From: Planctomycetaceae bacterium
Lineage (GTDB): Bacteria; Planctomycetota; Planctomycetia; Planctomycetales; Planctomycetaceae
Length of the DNA stretch: 64,000 nucleotides
Assembly: GCA_020426515.1 (NCBI GenBank)
Contig: JAGQPW010000007.1
Span: 10,908-74,907 of the forward strand
Reading direction: 5' to 3'
Shown: positions 44,412 through 56,309 of the stretch, piece by piece
How the letters are laid out: each line of letters opens with the position of its first letter
How positions within the stretch are numbered: position 1 is the stretch's first letter
The notes under the pieces: model-generated
Seen by the model: only the letters and a program-made list of their open reading frames with translations
The model's database searches: none
Told to the model about the DNA's origin: nothing
Position numbers and translations under genes: made by a program

Positions 44412-46589
44412 ATGCATCGGCAATTCAAGGCGGTGTCTGCGGCTGTTGTATTGGCCTGTGGTCTTTCCTGGAGTCTTCCGCTTTCCGCTGCGAATCCACC
44501 CATGACGAAACGCGTTGATCAGGTCGATGACTTTCACGGTACCTCTGTCGCCGATCCGTACCGCTGGCTGGAAGACGATGTTCGCGTGAATCCCGAGGTC
44601 GCTGCCTGGGTGGAAGCGCAGAACAGGCACACGTTCGCATTCCTGGAGCAGATCCCGGAGCGAAAAACGATTGCCGCGAGGCTGACCAAGCTGTGGGACT
44701 TCGAAAAGTTCGGCACGCCCTTCAAAGCCGGGGGACGTTACTATTTTTACAAGAACAATGGGCTGCAGAATCAGTACGTGCTGTATCGGCAGGACTCCCT
44801 GGATGCCCCGCCGCAGGTGCTGATCGATCCGAACACCTGGTCGGACGATGGCACGGTGGCACTGGCCGGAACCGTCTTCAGCGATGATGGCCGATACGTC
44901 ACTTATGGTGTGCAGGAAGCAGGGTCCGACTGGCGGATCTGGAAGGTGCTGGAAATTGAAACGGGCAAGGTGCTCGACGATGAACTTCGCTGGATCAAGT
45001 TCAACAGCCCCGACTGGACGCCCGATGGCAACGGCTTCTTTTATGCCCGCTTTCCGGAACCGGTCGAAGGGGCCGAGTTCCAGAATCTGAACGTCAATCA
45101 GAAGGTGTACTATCACCGCCTCGGCCAGCCTCAAAGCGACGATGTGCTGGTGTTCCATCGCCCGGATGAGCCCGAGTGGGGATACAGCTGCAGCGTTTCT
45201 GAAGATGGGCGTTATCTGATCATCACGATCCACCTCGGCACGGATGATCGTTACCGCGTGTACGTGAAGGATCTCAGCGAGCCATACGGCATGCCGGTTC
45301 CCGTGGTCGACAACTTTCATCAGGAGTACAGCTTTGTCGGCAACGATGGTCCGGTGTTGTTCTTCAAGACCGACCTGGAGGCCCCGCTCAAGCGGGTGAT
45401 TGCTGTCGATCTGCGCGAAGTTCGAAATATGCCCGTTGATCCGGAGTCACCGCCGCCGCATCGTGAGATCATCCCCGAACAGGACACCACGATGTCCGAT
45501 GTCGCGCTCGTCGGGAACGCGTTCATCGTCGATGCTCTGCGCGATGCCCGCAGTCAAATCTCGCTGTTCGACCTGCGCGGAAAGAAGGTGCGGGATGTCG
45601 AATTGCCGGGAATTGGATCTGCCAGCGGCTTTGGCGGAAAACGGACGGATACCGAAACCTTCTACTCGTTTTCCAGCTTCGCCACACCACCAAGCAACTA
45701 CCGGTACGACATCCTGACTGGCGAAAGCACACTGCTGCAACGGGCCGAAGTCGATTGCGATCCCGAAGCGTACGAGGTCAAGCAGGTCTTCTACGAGAGC
45801 AACGACGGGACCAAAGTGCCAATGTTTCTTGCCCACAAAAAGGGTCTCAAACTTGATGGCTCCAACCCCACCCTGCTCTACGGCTACGGCGGATTCAACA
45901 TCGCCCTCACACCCGGGTTTTCCATCAGTCGTCTGGCGTGGATGGAAATGGGAGGGGTCTTCGTGATGGCCAACCTGCGTGGCGGTGGCGAATACGGGGA
46001 ACGCTGGCACAAGGCGGGAACCAAGCTCAACAAGCAAAACGTATTTGACGACTTCATCGCCGCGGCTGAGTGGCTGATCGCCGAGAAGTACACGCAGCCC
46101 TCCAAGCTCGCCATTCAGGGCGGCAGCAACGGGGGACTGCTGGTCGGTGCCTGCATGACGCAGCGCCCCGAACTGTTTGGCGCCTGTCTTCCCGCTGTCG
46201 GTGTGATGGACATGCTGCGGTTCCATCGCTTCACTGCGGGCCGCTACTGGGTCGATGACTATGGCTCGGCCGACAACGCTGATGAATTCGCCGCTCTGTT
46301 CGCCTACTCCCCCTACCACAATGCGAAGTCGGGTACCTGCTATCCCCCGACATTGATCACCACCGCCGACACCGATGACCGTGTCGTTCCTGGTCACAGT
46401 TTCAAGTTCGCTGCTGCGATTCAGGAGGCTCAAGGCTGCGACAACCCGATCCTGATCCGGATTGAAACCAAGGCCGGACACGGAGCGGGCAAGCCAACCA
46501 GCAAGATCATCGAAGAGTTGACCGACCAATGGGCCTTTCTGGTGAAGACCCTGGGCGTGACGTTGCCAAAGGGGTTTGGTGAGCAGTAG
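44412..46589 (+). CDS. Prolyl oligopeptidase (S9A family), secreted
   Basis: ATG 44412 with a signal peptide. Contains DPYRWLEDD, YGYGGFNI, the catalytic Ser in GGSNGGLLVG, and ADTDDRVVPGHSFKF. Confidence 0.9.
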   Translation: MHRQFKAVSAAVVLACGLSWSLPLSAANPPMTKRVDQVDDFHGTSVADPYRWLEDDVRVNPEVAAWVEAQNRHTFAFLEQIPERKTIAARLTKLWDFEKFGTPFKAGGRYYFYKNNGLQNQYVLYRQDSLDAPPQVLIDPNTWSDDGTVALAGTVFSDDGRYVTYGVQEAGSDWRIWKVLEIETGKVLDDELRWIKFNSPDWTPDGNGFFYARFPEPVEGAEFQNLNVNQKVYYHRLGQPQSDDVLVFHRPDEPEWGYSCSVSEDGRYLIITIHLGTDDRYRVYVKDLSEPYGMPVPVVDNFHQEYSFVGNDGPVLFFKTDLEAPLKRVIAVDLREVRNMPVDPESPPPHREIIPEQDTTMSDVALVGNAFIVDALRDARSQISLFDLRGKKVRDVELPGIGSASGFGGKRTDTETFYSFSSFATPPSNYRYDILTGESTLLQRAEVDCDPEAYEVKQVFYESNDGTKVPMFLAHKKGLKLDGSNPTLLYGYGGFNIALTPGFSISRLAWMEMGGVFVMANLRGGGEYGERWHKAGTKLNKQNVFDDFIAAAEWLIAEKYTQPSKLAIQGGSNGGLLVGACMTQRPELFGACLPAVGVMDMLRFHRFTAGRYWVDDYGSADNADEFAALFAYSPYHNAKSGTCYPPTLITTADTDDRVVPGHSFKFAAAIQEAQGCDNPILIRIETKAGHGAGKPTSKIIEELTDQWAFLVKTLGVTLPKGFGEQ

Positions 46590-46920
46590 CGGTCTCTTTA
46601 CGACGATTTACCCCCGCCAAAGGCGATCGTGCGCCGTCCATTCCCTGCTCTACATCTCGCAAAGGTGATGCGCGGAAGTCTGGTTACGTTGACACCGTGG
46701 TCATTTGAGCGGCTGTCGCGGCTTGAAATTCCGTACAACCGATACCGATTGCGGAGTTTGGGCAAAGCGTCACATGCAGCCCTCTTGATGCTTCCCGTAG
46801 CATGCCGATATACTCGATAGACATTCTCACCTGAATTTTGTGCCGACTCCTCCCACCTTGTCGGCAACCTCCAGTCCCACCGGCGCCATGTCGGTCCCAC
46901 CAGATGACTGAGGACGCACC

Positions 46921-48483
46921 ATGCTTGCGTATCGATGGACACCCTGTGTGTCACGACTGTTTCGCACTGGAACCGGCGCTGCAATCACGCTGTTGATCGT
47001 CGTACTTACTGCGGGGATTGCGTCGCAGGTCTTTGCAAAGCCGGACTTCTCGGCCGTCCCCGCGGATGGATTTGCGTTTGTTGAGGAACGCCCCTTCGAA
47101 GTCCTGATCAGCCAGAGTGGACCTCTGGACAGCTCGAAGAACGTGAAGCTCATCAATCAGTGCGAGTGGACCACATACGTCATCAGCATGGTTCCCCAAG
47201 GGACGTGGGTTGAGGCTGGGGACGTGATTATGGAGTTGGACTCAACCGATCTGCGTGAGCTGGCCCAGAAGCGCGAAGTGCTGCTGGTACAGGCGGATGC
47301 CGCCCTGAAAGACGCCGAAGAAGATCTGCACATACAGGAGCTGACCAACGAAAGCCGTCTGGCCGATGCAGAACTTCAGGCTCGACTGGCCGCGCTGCAA
47401 CTGGATGGTTACCGCAAAGCGCAGCTGCCGCAACAGTTACATGAACTCAACAGCGCGGTGGCACTGGCGGAAGAAGAACTCTCCCGCAGTGAGAAGAAGC
47501 TGCAGTTTGTGACCAATATGGTTTCGCTCGGATATCGCACGAACAGTGATCGTGAAGCCGAACGGCTGGCGGTCATGAAAGCTCGGCAGAGTCTGACACT
47601 GGCGCAGGACCGACTGCAGGTATTGCGGGATTTCACCTCGGTTCGAACACTTGCCCAGTACGAAGCTCTGGCCGTCGAAACACAGCGAGAGCTGGAACGC
47701 GTGCAACTGGCCGGTAGTGCGGCGTTGCTCAGCCGCAAGGTGAGACTGGAAAGCCGCCGTCGCACGTACGAAATTCATAAGGCCTATCTACAGAGGCTGC
47801 GGCGGAACATTGCTGCCTGCACCATTCGCGCCCCGCGAGCCGGAGAAGTTGTGCTCGGTACGGAATCGTCCAGCACGAGAACTCCACTCAGTGAAGGGAG
47901 CCGGACCCGCTACCTGCAAACCTTGGCCTCGATTCCCGACCGGGAACGCATGCAGGTCAATCTGCGGATCCATGAATCGCGCATCCGCCTCCTGGAAGAA
48001 GGACAGTCAGCAGATATTCGGGTGGATGCCCTGAGTGACCGCACCTTTCAGGGACGCATTGCTTCAGTTTCCACAGTGCCTGTGAGTGGCCAGTTCCCCA
48101 ACTATGACCTGCGCGAATATCGGGTCGTCGTCGAACTGACGGGCGATCAACAGGAACTCAAGCAACTGGCCCCTGGGATGACGGCCCATGTTGCCGTCCA
48201 TACCGCCCGGAAATCTCAAGCCGTTCTCACTCCGCTTTCCTCGGTCGTTCAAATCGCCGGCAAGAACTACGCGTTTGTCCGAGACCAGACCGATGTGCGG
48301 CTGCAGGATGTCACCGTCGGACTCTCCAACGATCAGTCCATTGAAGTGCTGGGCGGACTGCAGGCTGGCGACGAAGTGGTGGCTCGACCACGTGTCACGT
48401 GCGCAGAACGACTGCTTCAGCTGGAGCAAACCATGCTCGCGGAGAATGAAAACCTCGCCTGGGCAGGGGAATTCTCGCTGTAA
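46921..48483 (+). CDS. HlyD-family periplasmic adaptor (membrane fusion protein)
   Basis: N-terminal TM, a long coiled-coil hairpin, and beta-barrel-like segments (APRAGEVVLG, VPVSGQFPNYDLREYRVVVEL). Confidence 0.75.
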   Translation: MLAYRWTPCVSRLFRTGTGAAITLLIVVLTAGIASQVFAKPDFSAVPADGFAFVEERPFEVLISQSGPLDSSKNVKLINQCEWTTYVISMVPQGTWVEAGDVIMELDSTDLRELAQKREVLLVQADAALKDAEEDLHIQELTNESRLADAELQARLAALQLDGYRKAQLPQQLHELNSAVALAEEELSRSEKKLQFVTNMVSLGYRTNSDREAERLAVMKARQSLTLAQDRLQVLRDFTSVRTLAQYEALAVETQRELERVQLAGSAALLSRKVRLESRRRTYEIHKAYLQRLRRNIAACTIRAPRAGEVVLGTESSSTRTPLSEGSRTRYLQTLASIPDRERMQVNLRIHESRIRLLEEGQSADIRVDALSDRTFQGRIASVSTVPVSGQFPNYDLREYRVVVELTGDQQELKQLAPGMTAHVAVHTARKSQAVLTPLSSVVQIAGKNYAFVRDQTDVRLQDVTVGLSNDQSIEVLGGLQAGDEVVARPRVTCAERLLQLEQTMLAENENLAWAGEFSL

Positions 48484-48761
48484 GGCTGTGGAAGCGAGTC
48501 TGTTCCCAAGACAGAAAACCGCCCTAAGTCTTTATTTGTCAATTCGTTGCACACCAATCCCCTGCATGGAGCGGATAACCTTCCGACCATTGCAATCCGC
48601 AAAGTTTGCGCCGAGCCCCTAATCAGCTAAACTGTTCGCAGTGGCAGATCTTTGCTGAGATGATCAAAGATGTGATGCTCAGCTGAGGAAGCGCCCTCTA
48701 CTATTGAGTGGAACGACTCGGGCTTGCCCTCGACATTCAGGACTGACTAAGGATTGCAACA

Positions 48762-49178
48762 ATGAAGACTCTACTGACAACTGCCCTGCTCGCCTCGCTC
48801 GTCGCAACTGCATCGGCTCGTGAGCCTGGTTTGGCTCCTGCTCCACTGGCATTGCTGCAGGCTCCGACTCCCGCATACAGCCCGGTTCCAGCGGCCCCGA
48901 CGCATCCCGTGCCAGTTGCACAGCCAATCTCGCTGTTTGATTGCGTGAAAGTTCGCGGTGCACACCGCATTCACCCCTGTGCCGTTCCCACAATCGTGAG
49001 CGTTCAGGATCCTTGCAACGAATGCTGCTGCGTGAACGTCGAAGTCTGCCTGCCACCATGCGACTCCTTCGATGTCCGTTGCAACCGTGCTGGCAACCGC
49101 GTGACATACGACTTTGGCAAGTACGGAGCAACGCTCGTTTCCCACCGTGGTCTGGTGACTGTCATCTATCGCAACTAG
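48762..49178 (+). CDS. Secreted Cys-rich small protein, function unknown
   Basis: Signal peptide MKTLLTTALLASLVATASA, a Pro-rich linker, then DPCNECCCVNVEVCLPPC. Confidence 0.55.
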   Translation: MKTLLTTALLASLVATASAREPGLAPAPLALLQAPTPAYSPVPAAPTHPVPVAQPISLFDCVKVRGAHRIHPCAVPTIVSVQDPCNECCCVNVEVCLPPCDSFDVRCNRAGNRVTYDFGKYGATLVSHRGLVTVIYRN

Positions 49179-49201
49179 TCGATGGACTGCGTCTGATTCA
49201 C

Positions 49202-49243
49202 AAAAAAAGGGTCCGGAGATCAAGTTGTCTCCGGGCCCTTTTT
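49202..49243. terminator. Bidirectional rho-independent terminator
   Basis: aaaaaaa-GGGTCCGGAGA-tcaagttg-TCTCCGGGCCC-ttttt, between convergent genes. 11-bp stem with one G-U, flanked by an A-tract and a T-tract. Confidence 0.75.
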
Positions 49244-49274
49244 CCATGGCCTGATCGCATCAGCGCGAATCGCG

Positions 49275-50318
49275 TTAGCCGATCGTGGTCCCCAGTTTGG
49301 TCGCCAGTTCGGTCAGCTGACGCCACGTTTCATCGGGAATGGCAACGCCCGTCTTCTCGCGTTCCTGACGGCGACGACGTTCCATTTCACCGGGCAGCAG
49401 GACTTCGGAAACTCCCGGCTGAGTACGCGTTCCCTTGAGCGAGGCAATGTACGTTTCCATCCACTGATCGTACTCTGCGCGAGGCGTGAACTGTTCAATG
49501 TTCAACAGATGCAGCCAAACCCCATTGGCTCCGCGAGGCAGGTCGGTCCGACACAAGCCGCTTCCCGACAGCAACCCGCAGAAGATGTCCAGCATCACGG
49601 AAAGACCAAACCCCTTGTGTCCCATCATGGGTCCACCGAGTGGCAGAATGGCCCCATATGGTTTGTTGTAATAGTCTGCCGGGTTCGTCGACGGATTTCC
49701 GTGGCCATCAATGATGAGGCCTTCCGGAATTGATTCCCCTTTCTGGAAGGCAACTCGAAGTTTGCCTTCGGCCGTGGCACTGGTGGTCATATCGAGCACG
49801 ATGGCTCCTTGCGATGAGGGAGCAGCCATGCTGATGGGGTTTGTCCCCAGTCGCCGATCGATTCCCCCAAACGGAGCCACGCCGCCCGGACCTGGGGCAT
49901 TCACAGCCATCAAGGCATTGAATCCCTGCAGTGCCGCAGCCTCGGTGTACGCCCCCAGCCGACCCACGTGATTGCAGTTCCGCATGAAGATGGTTGCGGT
50001 TCCCTGCTCGCGAGCCTTTTCGATGGCCAGATTCAATCCTGCGCCGGCAATCACCTGACCGAAGTTGAACTGGCCATCCAGAACGGCAAATCCGGGAGCG
50101 TCGACGACTTTCTCCACCGATTGTCCCGGACGGACGAATCCGTCTTCGACCATCTGCAGGTACTGCACCAGACGCATCACGCCATGGCTGTCGTGCCCCA
50201 CCATGTTGGCATCGGCCAGGTGGAGTGCAACGGGATCGATCTCGGATTCTGGAATTCCGGCCGCCGACAACAACTGTCGACCGATCTCAATCAATTGGGC
50301 TTCGGAGAACGTGGGCAT
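49275..50318 (-). CDS. Ldh_2 family (malate/L-lactate-type) NAD(P)H-dependent dehydrogenase
   Basis: LHLADANMVGHDSHGVMRLVQY, MRNCNHVGRLGAYTE, GTNPISMAAP, KGFGLSVMLDIF. Confidence 0.8.
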   Translation of the reverse strand: MPTFSEAQLIEIGRQLLSAAGIPESEIDPVALHLADANMVGHDSHGVMRLVQYLQMVEDGFVRPGQSVEKVVDAPGFAVLDGQFNFGQVIAGAGLNLAIEKAREQGTATIFMRNCNHVGRLGAYTEAAALQGFNALMAVNAPGPGGVAPFGGIDRRLGTNPISMAAPSSQGAIVLDMTTSATAEGKLRVAFQKGESIPEGLIIDGHGNPSTNPADYYNKPYGAILPLGGPMMGHKGFGLSVMLDIFCGLLSGSGLCRTDLPRGANGVWLHLLNIEQFTPRAEYDQWMETYIASLKGTRTQPGVSEVLLPGEMERRRRQEREKTGVAIPDETWRQLTELATKLGTTIG

Positions 50319-50428
50319 CTCAAGGTCTTCGTGCGAAAGTCAGGATATTGAAAGAGCAGTAGCATGATTCGCATCATAGTGACTGCAGACCCAACCCGAC
50401 CATCAACGCGCTGTGGACGCCACTGCAG

Positions 50429-51442
50429 TCAGCACGGACTGTACGCCTTCAACGCACATCCCGCCGCTCCGATGAAGCCTGCGTCGCTGGCGAGTCGTGC
50501 ATAGTCGATGCGGGTCCGTTCGGCGGGAATGGGAAACGTTCGCTTCCGAACTTCGTGCCGCACCGTCTCGATGAACTTCCGTCCGATCGGCGTTTCGTAC
50601 TGTCCAAACGTCATGGCCCCACCGATCAACACCATCTCTGGATTGATCGTGTGGATGATGTTGACGGTCCCGATGGCGAGATACTGCCCTGTTTCCAGAA
50701 CCAGACGTTCGGCCAGTGCGTCTCCCTGAATTGCACAGTCAGCAATCAGCACCGGAGTCAGTTCCTCCCCCTGCTCCAGTTTGTCGCGAATCGAGGACCT
50801 CGCCCCCGCATTCAGCGCCGCCTCGCAGCGACGAACGAGCGCTTTCGCCCCGGCATAGAGTTCCAGCGAGCCATGAATGCCGTGTTCCGATGTCGGCCCC
50901 CCTTCCATCTGAATGATGATGTGCCCGCACTCGCCCGCGTGGGAGTGCGCTCCGGTGACGATTTCCCCATTCACAATGATGCCGCCACCAATTCCGGTTC
51001 CCAACGTCCAGAACATCAGACTGCGGGCATCATGCGCGGCACCCAGCCAGTATTCTCCATAAGCTGCTGCATTGGCATCATTTTGCAGGATGGCCGGCTT
51101 GCGAAATCTCTCCGAGACCAGGTCGCGAATGGCCAGATTTTCCCATCCCGGAAGATTGAAGGGATGGAATATGACTCCGGCGGGGATGTCCATGGTACCG
51201 GGAGCGGCCACACCAATCGCCCGAATGGCCCGCCAGCCTACGCCGCTCTGTTCAACAACCTGATCGAGCGTCTCATACAGGCCCTGTAGCCCTTCCTCAC
51301 GTCCCTTGTGCAGGACCGAAGGGACTCGCAGTTTCGCGACAGTCCGCCCTTCGTCGGAAACGACACCCGTTTTGGTGCTCGTCCCGCCAATGTCGACCCC
51401 CAGATAGTATGACGCCACAACCACTCCCGTCTTTCTTTGCAT
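50429..51442 (-). CDS. ROK-family sugar kinase (glucokinase-like)
   Basis: ATG 51442. Contains YYLGVDIGGTSTKTGVV, NDANAAAYGE, TLGTGIGGGII and GHSHAGECGH-like AHSHAGECGHI. Confidence 0.85.
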   Translation of the reverse strand: MQRKTGVVVASYYLGVDIGGTSTKTGVVSDEGRTVAKLRVPSVLHKGREEGLQGLYETLDQVVEQSGVGWRAIRAIGVAAPGTMDIPAGVIFHPFNLPGWENLAIRDLVSERFRKPAILQNDANAAAYGEYWLGAAHDARSLMFWTLGTGIGGGIIVNGEIVTGAHSHAGECGHIIIQMEGGPTSEHGIHGSLELYAGAKALVRRCEAALNAGARSSIRDKLEQGEELTPVLIADCAIQGDALAERLVLETGQYLAIGTVNIIHTINPEMVLIGGAMTFGQYETPIGRKFIETVRHEVRKRTFPIPAERTRIDYARLASDAGFIGAAGCALKAYSPC

Positions 51443-51554
51443 GCCTCGCGGTCCTGTCCGCCAGAGGCCTGAAACATTATAAAGGGAACACCTGAGCGGA
51501 GACGACAAACTCCGCCTGATTGGTCCTGTTTCCCCAGTCAAAACCCCGTACTTT

Positions 51555-51861
51555 TGTGGACAACCTGTTGATGAACTGGGTCCGATCCGTGCAGAACGAA
51601 CCTCATCCCGATGGCCGCTCGAATCGGGTGTGCGTAACCCTTGGTTTTACTGACCATCCCTGCACGGCATGTCCACAGAGTATCATGGTGTTTTGAACAC
51701 GATCAGGCGGCCTCTGAATGGCAATAACTTGCGATTTCACCTACACTTCGGATTCAGATTGTGCCGACTCTCCACAATTTTCGGCTCGTCTGTTTCCACT
51801 ACTCCTTTCTCTTTAAGTGTCTGGACCTTCCGGTCTTTCAAATGACCGGAGATGTGGACAA
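51555..51861. promoter_or_regulatory. Cluster of four DnaA-box-like 9-mers upstream of dnaN
   Basis: TGTGGACAA at 51555-51563 and 51853-51861. TGTGGACAT on the reverse strand at 51669-51677. TGTGGAGAG on the reverse strand at 51768-51776. Consensus is TGTGGATAA. Confidence 0.4.
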
Positions 51862-51890
51862 AGCGAACTACACAGCGGAACGGAATTGTC

Positions 51891-53015
51891 ATGAAACTGA
51901 CTGTCTCACGGAGTGAATTGGCCGGTGCGTTTCAAATCGTCGGAGGAGCAGTTCCGTCACGTACCCCCAAGGACATTCTCAAGAACGTTAAACTTGTCGT
52001 CGACAACGGCACGGCCACGCTGATGGGGACCGACCAGGAAGTTGGCATCCGGTATCAGCTGCCTGAGGTTCAGACGGATTCCGTAGGTGAAGTCCTGCTG
52101 CCACCGCAACGGGTCGTGGCTATTCTGCGTGAAGTTCAGGACGACATGATCCACCTGGAAGTCACCGAAGAAACATTGTGGATTCGTTCGGGACAGAGCG
52201 AGTTCCGGCTGTCAGTCGAAGATCCGGCTGAGTTTGCCAATGTGCCGGACTTTCAGGAGGAAAGCTACTACATCATGCAGGGGCGGGCTCTGAAGCAGGG
52301 AATTCAGCGCACGCTGTTCGCTACGGACCCGGAGAGCACACGCTATGCCCTGGGAGGTGTGCTGCTGGAACTCGATCAGGAAGACATCACACTGGCCGCT
52401 ACGGACTCTCGACGGCTGGCCGTGTACAAATCCTCCTGCAAGGCACAGGGAGCCGCCAGCGAAGAGGTAGGCGTTCCGGTCATTCCCTCCAAGGCGATGC
52501 AGCTGATCGACCGCAGCATCCATGATGACGATCAGGAAGTGCATCTGGCCATTCATCAGAACGATGTGCTCATCCGCAGTGGTCTGTCCACCATCTATGC
52601 TCGCCTCGTGGAAGGACGTTTCCCTCGCTACCAGGACGTTATGCCTTCGCACTTCGGGATCACGATTGATCTTGTCGTGGGACCATTTCATTCGGCAGTG
52701 CGGCAGGCCATGATTGTGACCAACGATGGCAGTCACGGAGTCGACTTCCAGTTTGCAGATGGCACGCTCACCCTGACCAGTAGCGGGGCAGATGTCGGGT
52801 CCTCCAAGATTCAGATGCCGATCGGCTACGACGGAGAAGAGTTCACGGTCACGTTTGACCCCAAGTATGTGGCCGACTTCCTGAAGGTTCTCGATCCAGC
52901 CTCACCGGTCAGCCTGAACCTGGTGGATCCGAACTCAGCGGCTGTGTTTAAGTCGGGGGACAACTACACGTACGTGGTGATGCCGTTGTCCAATGAGGAT
53001 CGCGGCGGCCAGTAA
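51891..53015 (+). CDS. dnaN: DNA polymerase III beta sliding clamp
   Basis: From ATG 51891: MKLTVSRSELAGAFQIVGGAVPSRTPKDILKNVKL...ATDSRRLAV...YVVMPL. The track start 51852 overlaps a DnaA-box-like site. Confidence 0.95.
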   Translation: MKLTVSRSELAGAFQIVGGAVPSRTPKDILKNVKLVVDNGTATLMGTDQEVGIRYQLPEVQTDSVGEVLLPPQRVVAILREVQDDMIHLEVTEETLWIRSGQSEFRLSVEDPAEFANVPDFQEESYYIMQGRALKQGIQRTLFATDPESTRYALGGVLLELDQEDITLAATDSRRLAVYKSSCKAQGAASEEVGVPVIPSKAMQLIDRSIHDDDQEVHLAIHQNDVLIRSGLSTIYARLVEGRFPRYQDVMPSHFGITIDLVVGPFHSAVRQAMIVTNDGSHGVDFQFADGTLTLTSSGADVGSSKIQMPIGYDGEEFTVTFDPKYVADFLKVLDPASPVSLNLVDPNSAAVFKSGDNYTYVVMPLSNEDRGGQ

Positions 53016-53125
53016 GGATGCCAGGAGAACTGATGGGTTTGGAGTCATGTTGTGCGAGGGAGCGAACTTTGAAGGAGCGACCATTTCGAGGTCATGGAGC
53101 ATCATCTCCCGGTCGAGCCGGGCGG

Positions 53126-53440
53126 ATGCATGCGACTCCCGATCCCGTCAACCTGGCAGATGTTCTCTCGGAACTTTTTGCTCGTCGGGGATACGGTCGG
53201 GTTCAAGGCGATCGACAGCTCAAAGAGGCCTGGACTGCCGTGGCCGGAGAACTCATCTCCGCCAAAACCCGTGTTCAGGGACTACGCAACGGCGTTCTTC
53301 AGGTGGGGGTTTCCAGTTCTGGACTTCTCAGCCAGCTGGTTTCGTTTCAAAGGGTGGAGTTGCTGGAAAAACTTCAAACAGAACATCCCGAACTGAAGAT
53401 CCGCGATTTGAAATTTCGCCTGCAGGGAAGAATGCGATGA
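53126..53440 (+). CDS. DUF721 (DciA-like) protein in the recF position
   Basis: LADVLSELFARRGYGRVQGDRQLKEAWTAVAGELISAKTRVQGLRNGVLQVGVSSSGLLSQLVSFQRVELLEKL fits the DUF721 pattern. ATG 53126 is preferred; the longest ORF starts at 53018. Confidence 0.65.
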   Translation: MHATPDPVNLADVLSELFARRGYGRVQGDRQLKEAWTAVAGELISAKTRVQGLRNGVLQVGVSSSGLLSQLVSFQRVELLEKLQTEHPELKIRDLKFRLQGRMR

Positions 53441-53476
53441 GAGGTGCTCAAGACGGTCCCGATTGCGGGTGAATGA

Positions 53477-56140
<2,664 letters not shown>

Positions 56141-56155
56141 CCACCACGTGTGGTG

Positions 56156-56237
56156 TCAGACATAATTCCTGTCACTTCAGACACAATACCTGTCACACTC
56201 AGACACAATTGTTGTCACGGCCGTCCGACAATTCCTG
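56156..56237. repeat. 3.5 tandem copies of a 20-bp unit TCAGACAyAATwsyTGTCAC (period 21-22 bp)
   Basis: Full copies at 56156-56175, 56177-56196 and 56199-56218, with a degenerate copy at 56224-56237. Each unit carries the inverted half-sites GACA/TGTC. The array lies between convergent gyrB and the E1-like gene. Confidence 0.8.
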
Positions 56238-56309
56238 AATTGCAACTCTTCCGGAAGACGTTTGAATGAAGTCTTGTGGATGAAGAAACCCGGTCATTCA
56301 AAGCAAAAG

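Noticed and set aside
44358-46529. Two long minus-strand ORFs (44358-45320, 320 aa; 45447-46529, 360 aa)
   Set aside because: Both are antisense to the prolyl oligopeptidase gene, which has a clear catalytic GGSNGG motif. They show no recognisable motifs and an Arg/Gly/His-rich shadow composition.
46785-46814. Sigma-70-like promoter TTGATG-N18-TATACT upstream of the HlyD-family gene
   Set aside because: It is a single by-eye match with an 18-nt spacer, in a lineage whose housekeeping promoter consensus I cannot assume. It is noted but not called.
56156-56237. Possible CRISPR array
   Set aside because: The repeat units are only about 20 bp and are directly abutting (1-5 nt between copies), with no spacers. 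No cas genes are nearby. It is treated as a tandem repeat or protein-binding array instead.
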